Positions 10,921-24,866 of a stretch of 64,000 bases of DNA are shown piece after piece; position 1 is the first letter of the stretch; each line of letters opens with the position of its first letter. A program made the translations under genes and the position numbers. The notes under the pieces are model-generated. The model had not been told where the DNA came from and did not search any database. It was given only the letters and a program-made list of their open reading frames with translations. Where the stretch lies: positions 229,470 to 293,469 of the forward strand of contig CAJFCJ010000013.1 of assembly GCA_904063045.1 (NCBI GenBank). Direction: 5' to 3'. This DNA is from Dimorphilus gyrociliatus. Its lineage: Eukaryota > Animalia > Annelida.

Positions 10921-13900
10921 TCAAAAAGTTTGCGAATCATTCAGTGGACAATCTTCTGTGTTATGATTATCGAATTCTGTTGTGGAAATGCAAAAAGCAA
11001 TAATAAATAGATAGAGTTGTGCAATTTCATTTTTTGACAAACCTTCGCAAATGTCACAATATAACCTTGCTCTGCGTTTTATTGTAATAGGATCTTGTTC
11101 TAAAGGATCGTCAGATTCACTATGTACGACAAATAGAACAAATAAATGATGGTAATTCCATATTCTGGACAGAAATTATTAGTAATGAAGGCAAAAAAGA
11201 GACTTACTCTCCAGTTTTTAAGATGTCAATTTGCCTTTGTAATTCAAGTATCTGTTTTTGTTGATCTGCAATTATTGTCTTTTGGAAATCCAGTTCGGCC
11301 TTAACCTAAATTAATAAATAAATATACTTATAACTATTTAACAGAGAAGCTTCTAAAAATTTGTACCTGTGAGCTATTATCGTTCCTATCTCTTTCCTTA
11401 GCAGGTGAACCTGGAAGTGAAAAAAAAAATATTCTATTACACTATTGTTCGATAATTTACAAAAAACTTTTTTTTGCTTACTTCTATTTCTATGGGATTT
11501 TAATTCCTCCGCTTGCTGAGCTATCTATTAACATAAGAGATACTTGAAATAAAACAGTTGATTTTTTTATTGTTCAATAAATTTGACCTTAGACTCGAAA
11601 TCTTGTTTTAGTACAGCTTTCTCGTTCTTTATTTTTTCCAGCTCAGAAGTAATCTAAAAGTTTAAAAGAGAGTTATGTAAATATTTCGAGATCAAACTAA
11701 AATATATATATTTACCTGAGTTACTCGTCGGTGGAGGTCTTCTTTCAACTCAAAGTTCAAGTCACTGGTCGCTCTACGTATGGGAAAAATGATCGATTAA
11801 AAATTTCGATGTTTAAAACTTTTTTTATTATGTGTCGTCCACTTACTGTAGGCGAGCTTTTTCCCCAGATAACAAATCAATTTGATTAGATTGCTCGACT
11901 GTCTATACACAATAAACATTTAATTATTAACTATCACTCTCAAAGTGTAGCACTTACTTTTTTACGCAGTTCCTCTATTTGAGAATTATTGCCCTAAAAG
12001 ATATAAAAAAAAGAGAAACAATACCACTATTAGTAAAATACTCTGCAAGTATTGAAATATTACATTACCGATACATTAGTAGTGTGTTTAGTTAAATCTT
12101 CTATTTGTTTCTGCAGGTTTATTAATAACTCATCTTTTTCAAACACTTCACTCTCTAGCTCATGGCACTTTTTCAGCTGAAAATTATGTTTGAAAATATT
12201 GACCGACAAAGTTAAGTGTTAAAGCTAATACCAAATCATCGATTTGCTGAGTGGCACCGGGATTCAAAATATCCGATGAGGTTGCTTGCCCTTCGTTTCT
12301 GAGCCTAGATTTGGTGTCGGAAAAATTAAATTAAGTTTCTAAACAGTATTCGAATATGGTAATTAGAGCTATTGTCAATTAATTTCGTGCAATACGCCAA
12401 TGGGTAAATCATGCAATGAAGATAGATAGATAGACTATAAAGAACTACTTTTAAGGTAACAATTAAAACGGGTCAACTTAAATTTATGCAAAACGGTTAT
12501 CATAGTCCTAATTGCATAAATAATCATAGATAGTAGATTAATATCTATTAATACTAGCTGAGCTTGGTAAATTATTTTATCAATAGAAAATTGGTAACTA
12601 CTATTGAAATTGGGTAAGAGCAAGATAGTTAAATGTTATCTGCATCAGACTAAACTGTTAGTGAGTTTTAAACACTAAAATATATAAAATAAAATTAATC
12701 ATTTCAGGTTTAATTGATTTAACAAATTAAATTAGGATCAAATTTTCAACCAATTTAGTTTCTGTCAAAAAGACGAACCTGTCACTATCCTGCTTGACAG
12801 AGGATGATTCAGAACTGGCAGCTTTTCTTAGATCTTCCATCATTGCCCGCTTTAGTTATGAAATAATAAATCAAATCTAAACACCAAAACTAGATAGTCA
12901 AGACAATAAAACTAATTTCAAAATAGAGTTATTATATAACAATTAACATTAGATTTATGTATTGACCAATAGTGCCAAAATACTTACATGCAATAGATTG
13001 AAAGTAGAGTAAATAATACACCAAAGAAGACAATATAAATTTACTTACTAGGTTCGTAACTTCAGCATCCCTTTCCTGTTTTTCGGTAGAGACTATAGCC
13101 AATTTTTGCTTTAAATCTGAATATACAAATAATATCAAACATTATTATTCTTTTAAAAAGAAAGCTCTCCTTAAATTTTTAATGATAAACCTGCTATTTC
13201 CGTTTTAAGGTCTTTTATAGTGCATTCTAAATTATCATTTGCGTGAGCTTTCAAAGCATCATTTTTCATTAATTCTAAGTATCAAAGATATAAGTAAGCA
13301 TTTACAAAGACAATAATTGCATTAACTACCGTTTAAATGTGTCTGAACATTTGTATAACGTTTTTCTAGTTGGTTATAAGCTTCTTCTTGCTGACCCACT
13401 TGTATTTGCATATCATTAACGGCTTCGTCATGTTTGAAAATCAGATTATCCATATTCTCCTTCAACTTAATTATCTCATCTTCCAAATTGTATTTATTTT
13501 TCTTTTCTAGATCTAAAGTTTGTTCCAAATCCTGAACTTTAGTCTCCAGAGATGATTTTTCCTGTAGTTCTTTCTTAAGACTGTCTTTCAGTTGGTCAAC
13601 TTTCCCATTAATTTTATCCTTAAAAAAGAAAACAAACACCGATGTATTTACAGACAATATAAATTCAAAATCTCTGAAAACCTCTGAGTTTTCTTTATCA
13701 GTAAGCAAATTGTTGATTTTAGATTCATTGTCTCGTTTTAGCTGCTGTAATAATTGTATTTCTTGATCTTTACATTTGGAGACCTATTTAAAAATTAAGT
13801 AAAATTATTAATTTCCTTTTTGTAAGTCAATTTCCTCACATTTTCCAAGTCCAGTAGTTTCTGTTCCAAAGATTTTATTAAATCTTCTTTTTCGGATTTG

Positions 13901-16900
13901 CAGTCTTCAAACTGTTTGGCTGTGCTGGCTTTTGAATGTTTCAATTCTTGAATCGTATTCTAAAAATTATCACAAAGTTTAAATATAAACTACAATTCTT
14001 TATTAATTATGGAAACCTCTAAAGTGGAAATTTTCTCCTCCAAATCGTTTCTGAATCCATTTTCCTTTTTCACAGATTCCTGTTTGACTGACTTAAGTTT
14101 TCCATCTATGTATTCCTTTTTAAATTATAGTACAAAACATTATTAATACAGTCTCTAAATAAATAAATAATATATTTTTTACTTGGACAGCCAATCGAAA
14201 AGATTCAACCTGAAAAATATAAAAATATATTTGTCCAGTAGTCAGAAATATTTACTGAATGTCTAATATAATTACCTCTGCTTCGTCAGTTTTAAAAGAT
14301 AAAGAAAAGAAATAATCCAAATTCTCAATATATTCCTTCAAACTAACAGCTTTCAATCTCTAGAAAAGGATTAATGCTTTGAATTTCGTATTACTATTCA
14401 CGTGGATTAATAAACAAACCCTGTTCAGTTGGCTTATTTGCTTTTCAGCTTCAGTTAATTCCGAAATAGTTCTGTCTTTCTCCGCAATAGTGTCTTTCAA
14501 TTTTTTATCATATTGTTCTTTATCCTATTGAAAGAAAAAAACAATTAAAAATTATTCTTGACATAATAATTTCATTATATAACAATACTTACTGCACTCA
14601 GTGTATTCTTTAGTTGCCTTATTTCTCTCATAACATTTTCCTTCTCCGATATAATTTCCTTCATACGTTCCCCATCCGAGCTCAAGTTCTTGGAAAATAT
14701 CAATAATTATTAAATGCTATTACAAATGGCAAAAATTAAAACCTTTTCATAATTTTCTACTCTTTTAGTCATATTGCCTAGATCGTCGGCGATGTTTTGT
14801 TTTTCCAAAACTAATTGTTTTATACGCTTTTCCTGTTCTTCCTCCAGCTATGAATTTGTAATGGTTAGCTCTTAATTACTCCATTGAAAACAAAGTAAAA
14901 ATGTACATACTGATTTAAGTTTGTTATTGCTTTTTAATAAGTCTTGTTTAAGATTTTCATTTTCAAAATGTGAATTTTTGAGGTCAACCTCAATAGATTC
15001 TTTTTGCTAAATAACAGTGTTTTTTTTACATTCTATCTGTTGAAAAGATTTATGACCTACTGTTGTTAATTTTTTCTCCAGTGCAAGCAATTCTTGTTTA
15101 AGATTTTCATTTTCAGAAAGAGTTTGTTGTCGACTCTCTACTGCAACCTCTTTATCCTACAAAGGTATATGTATAACTTTCTATAATGCATTTTATATCT
15201 ACGAATATTACCTTTTTCAAGCTATTTTCCAGTTCGAGTAGTTGACGTTTAAGAATTTCATTTTCGGATAAAGCGTTTTGCAAACTTTCTTCAACGGCTT
15301 GCCTTTGCTGTTTTTAATTATACACTCTAGATTGATAGTACTATTTCAACTAAAAAAAACTATGTTATTTACCGATTCAACTAACTGCTTCATGTCATTT
15401 ATTTCGTACAGTACTTTTTCTTTTTCAGCCACTGCGTTCTGTAGCAGCTCTTCTTTTGCTTTTTGATCCTTTTAGCGAAATATAAATAAATTACAATTCT
15501 TTAATCACTTAATAATAAATTTTTAAAAAATTTTACTTCTTTCAATATTCCAATTTCATCCATAAGATCTTTCACGTTGTTAGCAGCTGTTTGCTTTTCT
15601 AATTGTTCTTTCCGTACAGAATCACTAATAGATTTCTGATTCTTTTAAAGCAACAGATTAAATTAGCAATGCCAAAAAATTGAACATAACAGATTACTTA
15701 CCTCTTCCAGGAGTGATATTTTATCCAAATATTCTTTTTCAGCTGTATTTTTCTCTTCAAGAAATTCCTTAAGCTTTTTATTTTCATTATCTTTTTCCTA
15801 TAATTGAACAAGTCAAAATAGAAATATTTCTTCTCGAAATAAGTAAACCTACAATCTTCAGGGAAGATAATTCAGTCTCAAGTCTTAAAACTTTTTCCAT
15901 TGCAGCCTCCCGTTCAAAAATTGACTCCTTGAAACTTTCGTCTCTCTGCTTCTTGTCCTAAGAAAACACTTAATGAAACACAGTTAAAAGTATAAACTTC
16001 TTTCGCTTACTAATTCCATGTAAGCCAATTTTTGTTTAATTTCCATCATTTCAGTTAAAGCAATCTCTTTAGTTTTGTTATATTCTTCACATTTCGTTTG
16101 TGCCTCCTCAAGTTGCTTCAACAATTCCTTATTATCTTTCTGTTATATTAAAAATTTTATTAAATATTTAAAATTTGTACAACGGGAAAACTACCGTTTC
16201 TATGATATTTCCCCTCTTAATCTCATTTAGCTCTTTTAAAGCTGCATCTTTTTCGTTAAGTAATTGGATATAACGTTGATCTTCTTCAATTTTCTTACTC
16301 TGTAAGGTAATTTCATTTCTAACATGCTTTTCATTAGTTATTTTTCATTTACCTGTAATTCTTCTTTCTCGATCGTTCCCTCCTCCTTTGCAAATTCCAA
16401 TTCTTCAACTTTTCTATTATGACATTACATTACAGTAATAATTTATAATAACTATTGCAATAACTATTGCAGATAGGGTATTTACCTTCTTTCGTCGTCT
16501 AACTGATCTGTCATTGCCAACAGATCATTTTCTAATTTTTGAAGTGTTTGTTTTAATTCCATGTTCTCATCGTGTATTATATTAAATTCTTTTTTTAAGT
16601 CTTGTACATAGCATTCAGCCTGAAGAGAGTTGGTTAAGTATCAAATAGTTTTTGTAGTATATATATGCATGTATGTATGTATGTATGTTTATACCTCATC
16701 CTGTTTATTATAAGCAGAAGCGATCTCAGCTCTATCGTCATCTCTCTCTTTTAATAACTGGGTGATGTGTTGCTCTTTTTCTTTAATAGCTTTTTGTAAT
16801 GTTGTAACTGATACAGAATTCATTGATGGTCTTGAATTGGTCTTCTTCGTCTAGATATGTTCGATTAAAAGATCACTATTAATATCAAGAATATTTTAAT

Positions 16901-18601
16901 TGCCCTAGATGCAAGCAATTTACAAATAAAAATAATATTCAATTTACAATATTAATGCTAAACTACAAAATTGGCATGCTTGAAATGATGAAAAAAATGA
17001 AATATTATCTATATTAAATAACTCAGATAGATAATGTGAACATTCCGTAATTTAAATTATTACCAGCTTTTAACAAATACAAAAAAATATAATAAAATAC
17101 ACAAAAGAAAGATATAAAGCAAAAGTTGCTCAAAATTGATTGTTAAAGACTTTCATTCATTTTTTTTCATTTAGATATTGCAGATTTTACTTAGAAAAGT
17201 TCTCTCTCAAATGAAATACTGTCAAGTTTGTTTTAAATTGTTAACTTTGGACAATTTGTAAATAAACCTTTTGAATTTGATTAATTGCTGAAATGGTATT
17301 TTTTCTGGTAAAGTGTAAGAAAAAGAAAAGAAAAGAAAAATAAATGACATCACACCTGAATAGCACCAACACCCAATCTTACCCTAGATCGGGACACACT
17401 GGAACAAACCGATGAACCGATAGAGGATATACTCTCCATACTTCCTGACAGATCTCGAGACATTTTTCTTCCTCCATACGGCATTATTGGAGTTTTTCTG
17501 GATTGCATGGGTGGTTCTTTCATAACATTTCCTGGTTTTGCAAATAGTCCATGATCTGGTTCGCACATGAAATATCTGAGGAAAAACAACACGATTATTT
17601 TTTTAAAACTTTTATTAAAAATATTATTACCTTTGTCCTTTCACTACTCCATTGTTTTTTCCTAACGGTTGATCCAATTCCACGCCTATCCAAGTTCCAT
17701 CAGAAAATTGAGTGAGGCCAATGAAACGAACTGTTCCATGTTTTGTTCCAGAAACAATAACTCGATCTCCTATACCATAGTCTAATGAGGACGGCGGGGC
17801 GGGAAGCACTGAATCCGTGGGTGTGGTTTTCTCTAAGGGTGGTGTGGCACTACTTGAACTGAGACTAGAAATGGGTTTCGAGTTTGCATTAAACTCTTGA
17901 CTAGGAAGCTTCCTCACCCTGTCGGCTCTAACAAAAGTTCCTCTGTTTGGATCACACTATTCGGAGATTGAATTAGATAATATTATATTGTATCATGAGA
18001 ATTCGTGTATATGTATATTTACTTGAAAATATCGAATACCATTATACATTCCATCATGATTTCCATAACATTCATCTAAAACTAGTCCAACTAAGAGACC
18101 TTTTGCAAAGCTAGTCTCGCCAATATAAGCGATTTGTCCTTTTTTTCCTTTAGTAGTGATAACACGATCTCCAACCTTTAAATCTTCAAAAGAGTTATCA
18201 GAAAAATCCGGTACTTGCGCTTGTGGATCTGCAATTGCAGGTTCTTTAAATTTTGCGATTGTAAATACATGATAAAAAAAATACAGCAACATAATCGTAT
18301 TAATTCTATGAAATAACAAACCAGGCAAACTTTCTAAGACGTCATTCTCATACTTTGCCAATAGTTTATTTGGTACGCCTGCGGCTCTAACACTCTTCTC
18401 AAAAGCGCCTGCATTCAAGACATACGAAATAAGAATATGCGAAATAAGTAGGTTTATTATCGGAAATTGTCGATACAATATAAATTAACTGTAAATCAAC
18501 AGTTGGTAATGAATTTAAGGGGAAAGTACATTACCTTGTGCCTTAACTGGTCGGGCTAATTTGGAACCTGGCCCGGGTAATTTCGAATTTCTCTGACTCA
18601 T
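10921..18601 (-). CDS. CLIP1: CAP-Gly domain linker protein (CLIP-170/CLIP-190 ortholog), many small exons
   Basis: Starts [18 protein letters not shown] (exon 18601-18535). Contains two CAP-Gly domains (about 18030-18240 and 17560-17800), an S-rich linker, [27 protein letters not shown], a long coiled coil, and the C-terminal zinc knuckle [26 protein letters not shown] (stop 10921-10923). Not every internal junction was traced. Confidence 0.92.
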
Positions 18602-19279
18602 TTATTTTAAAATTCTGCTCCTCCCTGAAACAAACAATATTATAAATATATTGTGTCGAAACTTGAATAAATATTGCGTAGGTCATATAAATAAAAGGCT
18701 TAATAGGGTCTGCAAATCATTACTAAAAACAGATCATTAAAAAACTTGCGATTCAAATGAAAATCAGCATGGGGGAAAGTTGATCATCATAATGTCACAA
18801 AGCATCTTTGAACAATGAAGCGTGTCTGCACGTACAAAATCAATAATATACACTTGTACGATGACTCACAACTTGTACATTTTCTAGGGAACTTTGATGT
18901 TCTTTTTGAAAACGACATATAATCTAACAGTACTATATAGTCTTTAGCTTTCGATCAACTACAGATATAATAGGAAATCAAATTATCTTACCGTAGGGAT
19001 ATTAAAAACAATATATTAAACGAGGTAAAATGTTAAAAGAGACGCTTAAAATGCAGACAGCGTTCAAACATGAGAACAATCAATATGGCGATATTAGAAT
19101 GATTCTAAGTCTTGCGTAAAATATACCACTCAATTCTGTACGTTCATTTTCCTTGAGACTTTTTAAAATAATAAAATATTTTTTATTTGCTTATTGATAT
19201 TTTAAAAAATAAATTATTCTATACTTTCAACTGAAACAATTTTTTTCATCCAGTGTACATCTATTTTGAAAGTAAGTAA

Positions 19280-19400
19280 CAAACATCCGGTCACATGATT
19301 TGGAAGTGGAAAGTTGTCTGCTCCACCGTTGTCGCCATATACGTTCTCGCCCCGTAATAGCTTCATTCACAACTGGCAATGATTTAAAAATACGCAGGGA
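19280..19400. promoter_or_regulatory. Shared divergent promoter region between CLIP and TBC1D9
   Basis: Head-to-head start codons at 18601 (-) and 19403 (+). GC-richer patch with CCGGTCACATGA at 19287-19298. Confidence 0.5.
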
Positions 19401-19402
19401 AG

Positions 19403-22400
19403 ATGTGGATCAAACCGTCCTTTACCAGCCATAGTTCCCTTACATTATGGTAAGCATCTCATTTTTTTCTGAAAAAGTACTTGCCCTAAATAAAGTACAA
19501 GTAACTTATTGAATCAGCTGTTCGTCAAAAAATTTGCACAGCATTCTCGAAAGTTAGTTGTATAAATTATTTGTTTTTTTACAGGGCTGTGGAACGAGCC
19601 AATCCTTATTTTCAGCTTCAAAGAAGAAAGGGTGTAGGTAAGGGGCAAGGATTGAGTGGTTTGTTCGTAGGAACTTTCGACTCTGTTTTTGACTCAAAGG
19701 TGAATTATTTATTTAATACTAAATACTAGGTGACGATTAGAATGAAAATAGACTGAGACATTGTGCTTTTATACCCGTATAATTGCTAATTAAAGCGATA
19801 CATATACTGTATATATGGAGAATAGCTAAATATCATAGTCTTTTGTAATTTAATTTTTTACTAATGTTCTTTGTATGCATATATAGGCACCATCATATCG
19901 CATAGTGCGTACTCCTGAGGCCAGTAATAAAGTCATGAGTAAATATTTTAATTAAATATAAGTTTTTACCTAACTAATTCATCTCTATTTTTTTAAGCCA
20001 TTTCACTCGCTTGGGATAAAGATGAAGCCTATAGTGATTTTGAATGGCTTGAAAAACACCTATTGCCTACAATTGGTATGTTTGGATTGTTTCTTTTTAT
20101 ATTATCAATTTATTCATTCGGAATCATATTTTATTCCATTAAGCCACAATTATTTTGGAAAAGGACGAAGACGTAGCTCAATTTATACAATGTAAAATTG
20201 AGAGTATTATTGCTAACTCTCCGACTCAAACACGTCTAGAAGATCCCGACAACTTTACACGCTCAGAATTAAAATTTTTCAAACTGTTCAACATGCCCGA
20301 TGAAGAGAGATTAGTCATCTGTAAGCGATAAAAATTTATTGAATAATTATATATTATTCATAAATGTTATGTGTTACAGATTATTCCTGCAGTTATTGGA
20401 AGAATAAAATACCTAGACAAGGAAAACTGTATCTTAGCATAAATTATTTATGCTTTCATTCATTCTTTATTGGTATAGAGACAAAATTAGTTATACGTTG
20501 GACAGACGTTGTAGTATGTATTTTAATCATTCTTTTAGCAGTATCTTTAATTCCTTTTTTGAATCCAACCTTTTCAGGACTTGCATCACGGTGGAAATGT
20601 TATTTCCGATTCTCTTAACATATATACTCGAAAAGAAAAAGTAAAATTAAATAAGATCCTTTCACAAACCCTTTCTAATTATACAATAAACAGTACTCTT
20701 TCAGAGTATTATTACACGGGGAAGAAACGTACAGATTGTGCGAGCAATTAGCCAACCTGGCAATGAGACAGTAAGAATGCTAACGTTTCCTGAGAAATAA
20801 TTATAACGAGCTTTATTGTCAGGTTAATGTCCGATGAAGTTTTTCAAAGGGATCGCTCCTTGCCTAAGAACAGGTTTTTTTTTTCGTTTTTAAATATATC
20901 TAAGTATACCAGATGTTACAATTTTAAATTTATAGGAGATTAAACTTGAAAGATCAGTCTTCGATAAAACGAGATTTGGATGCTAGAAAACGAAGTGAAA
21001 CATACAGGTGTCAATTTAATTTACCTGTGGAGGAAAAATTAGACGGTGAAACAGAGTGTTCATTATGGACTCCATATGATAAAAAGAACTCCTCAGGAAA
21101 ACTGTATATTTCCTCAAGCTATATATGCTTTGCTAGCAAGGTCTGTAGCTTATAAAAAGCAATTTCTTCTTCTTTTTTTTTCCTTAAAAATAATAATCTA
21201 ATTTATTTATTTTTTTTATGTAACATTTTCTTCAGGTTGAGGATCTTGTTACGTTAATTATACCAATGAGAGACGTGTCGGTTGTGGAGGTGGTTAATAG
21301 TAATTCAAATAATCGTGTATTACCCAATGCTTTAGTTATTTCCATAAAAGGCCAAGTAAGTATACAGAGTATTAATTAATTATTATATGAATGGAATAAG
21401 ACTTTTTCTCCTTTTTTTTTTACTTGCAGCCTAGCATACTAGTTTCTAATTTGATAGATAGAGAGCAGGTTTTGGCGAAAATAACAAATTTTCTGGCGAG
21501 CCAAGGTGCCCCCAGAAGGTAGTCTTTTCTCATTTATCGAAATTGCAAATATGATAGCTTTTCACTGTCCTTACAGAATTGATTCACGACCTAATTCCTT
21601 TTCCGAAAACGATAGCCAATTGCCGGCCATTGGTGAAAGTTTGTATTGGTTCATTTAAAATTCATAAATTAAACTATATAGTTTAACATTAATATAGGTA
21701 AAATTGAATTTCAACCGCAACTACTCAGCAAATTTCCTAAAGTACTCGATGAAATAGAGTTGGCTTTGGAGAAAAAAAAAATAAAAGAATGGGATAGATT
21801 ATTTGCAGATTATGGACGAGGAATAACCATGTATAGGGTTCACGAAGTTAGACTAGCAGTCTTAAAAGGCTTACCGGAAAAGTATAGAGGTGAATTGTGG
21901 ATGGTGTTTTCTGGGGCCATTAACGAAATGGCAAACAACCCTGGATACTATGAGAGTTTAGTAGAAAGATTTATGCATACTGTAAACGTAGCTACAGATG
22001 AAATTGAACGCGATCTGCATAGATCACTTCCTGAGCACACTGCTTTTCAGTCAAACATTGGTATTGACGCTTTGCGTCGTGTTTTAAGAGCGTACGCATT
22101 TAGAAATCCTCATATTGGATATTGTCAAGCCATGAATTTGATTGCTGCCGTATTGCTCTTGTACGCAAGTGAGGAGGAAACATTTTGGCTCCTAGTTGTT
22201 CTATGTGAGAGAATCTTACCGGACTATTATAATACGAAAGTAGTTGGTGCTCTTGTGGACCAGAGGGTATTTAGCGATCTTGCTAAGGACCACATTCCTG
22301 AAATCCATAATAAACTGGACGATTTAGGCTTACTCAATATGGTTTCGCTTTCGTGGTTTCTGACACTGTTTATAAGCGTTATGTCTTTTGCTGAAGCAGT

Positions 22401-23860
22401 CAATATAATGGACTGTTTTTTCTACGATGGAGTTAAAACTTTATTTCAATTCGCACTAGCTATTCTTGAATCGGTAAAAGACGAACTACTCGCATGTAAA
22501 GATGAAGGAGATGCTATGACCGTTTTGAACGATAAGTTCCGATGCATTGTCAATTGCCATACTGAACACAGAGTTAAGGAGGTTGAGAAGAGAATCTACG
22601 TACGTCTTAAAACTTTTACTGTTTATTAAACATAATTTATATGCTTCTTTCAGATAACGGAGTTAGTTGATTCGGCTTATAGACAATTTCAGACTCTCAC
22701 GAATAATCGAATTTTCAATTTGAGATCTAAACATAAAATTAGTGTCGTTCAAAATTTGGAAGAGATTTCCATGAAAAATGTTATACGTAGTGTAGCGAAA
22801 TGTACAAAATTGGAAAATGAAGCTCTTGAAGAAGCTTTTATTGTTTTCCGCGAAGAGTATGTTACATCTAAATTCTATAGAACTGATCCACGACCTGCAA
22901 TAGATATATTAGATAAATTTGATCCTCAAAAACCGTATTATGAACATTACAGAATAGAATACGAAGCTTTTTCTGCAATATTTGTTGGTGTAACACCGTG
23001 GGGAATGTCTGAAACCGGACAGGATTTGTCACTCAAGCTCTTTCGATTGCTTGATAGCAGAAAGAGTAACCTTATTAATTTCAGAGATTTTGCCTGGGCT
23101 ATGGGCATTTTAAGCTCAAATGATCCAGTGGCGAAAATAAAATTACTATTTAGAATGCATTTACCACCAGCCTTTAGATTTGAAGATGGAACAACATTCG
23201 AGAAATCTTTCCTCTCGCCTACATCTTCTATCGGTAGGTTTGTCGAATTTCTTTTGAAATTCCACATGAATTTTATTTTCGTTTAGCTATTCTAGATGAT
23301 GGAGTTGAAGCAGAAAATTTTTTCTCCGGTGAAAGTAAACCTAAAACCGCTGTTAATCCTTCAGACCTGGTAGTAGATAAAGAAAAGAAGGTAGAAGAAC
23401 CTCTATCACCTCTGAACCAAGTAAGAAGTGTTTTGTGCGATAGTACACTTGTATTTTTGTTAAATTTGTCATTTATTCACAGCCACAGTTTATTGAACTA
23501 TGTAGAATACTTTATGCTCTGGTGAACAGTAGCACATCTGGAAGAGAAGATCAAGAATTGTATCACGCCGTAGCAAATTTTAGTTCCGTAATTCTTCGAC
23601 TAGGAGAAGAGGAAAAGAAATTGGGCCGCTCAGTATCAACTTCATCTGGTTTGACTTCAGCTTTGAATGACAATGGAGATGATCTACCGAAAAGAAGACA
23701 CAGTTTGACAGAAGCAGATCTAGAATGGAGAACCACATTCAAACAAGTCTTAGCCTCAATTTTAAACGAAGAAAAGTTGAACGAGTACTTTTCATCCGGA
23801 TTCAACCTAACCAAGTATATTGAGGACTATCGGAAAAAATCAGCAAAGTTTCCTGTTTAA
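19403..23860 (+). CDS. TBC1D9: TBC1 domain family member 8/9 (2x GRAM, Rab-GAP TBC domain, EF-hand-like)
   Basis: Starts [32 protein letters not shown] (ATG 19403). GRAM exons [19 protein letters not shown] and CSLWTPY. The TBC domain has catalytic IERDLHRS and GYCQAMN. Last exon ends at 23860. Traced junctions are GT-AG. Confidence 0.95.
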
Positions 23861-24224
23861 AAAATATATATTTTGAAATAGTCTGAAAAGTTTGTGTTGA
23901 ATATTTGTTTGAGGGAAAAAATATGTAAAGGGTCGAAAACACAAAATGGAAAAAAATAAATAAACACAATATGTGCTTTTTGAAAACCAGTAAACGTAAA
24001 TTAACAATTTGTAACATTTTCATAAAGGTCTATATGTCATTTGGAATATGAGAAAGTATAAACATTAAAATGTAGATGATAAGACATAGTTTTTTCGATA
24101 AATTTTAAATGGGAAATAAAATAAGTTTATATTCATTTTGAAAAGATCTTTTGATTCTTTTCTCCCTTTTGAAACAAATTGCAGTTGCTGCTTCCAATAT
24201 AGATGCTGGTACGAACTTGAATAT

Positions 24225-24285
24225 TTTGAATCACGTGCTAGAGTAGGCTGTTTCCAATTGGCTTGTAACTGAACACGTGATTATC
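24225..24285 (+). promoter_or_regulatory. CCAAT - TGTAAC - CACGTGA promoter module
   Basis: TCACGTG at 24231, CCAAT at about 24254 and CACGTGA at 24274-24280, about 55 bp upstream of ATG 24337. Confidence 0.55.
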
Positions 24286-24336
24286 CACTATATTATTTTG
24301 TTGATCATTTTCTCTTTGGAGTCTCCGTTGAGCAGG

Positions 24337-24866
24337 ATGGTTGACCGTCAAGATAGCAATCAAATTCTGAAACCTCCAACTCCACCTACAGTAATTATTA
24401 TTAACTTTAGTTTCGGGTTGGCTAACTAGACTCTTTTCCTATATAGACGATGGAGGAGGATAGAGATTACGAAAATTGCGGTTTACTTATAGAAAACTAT
24501 TCCACCGATGAGAAGTTGGGAATGATGACTGAGAATCGAAAACTATGTCAGCTGAAAGAGGAATCCAGAAATCAACCGATCCAAAGTGCCCCACAAAATT
24601 GTGTAGCAATTAAACAACAACCGAAACAGTCTGAGCTTGTGGTTGGTCCTCCTCCGATGTATTTTCTTCAGGAAAATAGAACAACAGCTGCCAACCTAAG
24701 ACAACAACGACTCAGATTGGAGCGTATCCGCGCGGCTAGAATGAGTATCAAAGATCTTCGCGAAAGCGTTATGAATACAAAGGAGAAGGTTATCCTTTTC
24801 CTCAGTGTCGTAATTATTACTTTTACTGTTGTACTTGTAACGTTTGTTCTTTCTACTCCCATTTAA
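24337..24866 (+). CDS. Orphan tail-anchored membrane protein (~157 aa)
   Basis: Exon 24337-24390 (MVDRQDSNQILKPPTPPT) splices in frame to 24447-24866. A hydrophilic body, a PPPMY motif and an R-rich helix precede a single C-terminal hydrophobic segment (VILFLSVVIITFTVVLVTFVL) ending four residues before the stop. Confidence 0.72.

Noticed and set aside
18245-18478. N-terminal part of the 161-aa ORF 17993-18478
   Set aside because: It is read-through of two CLIP introns; only 18408-18322 has exon borders.
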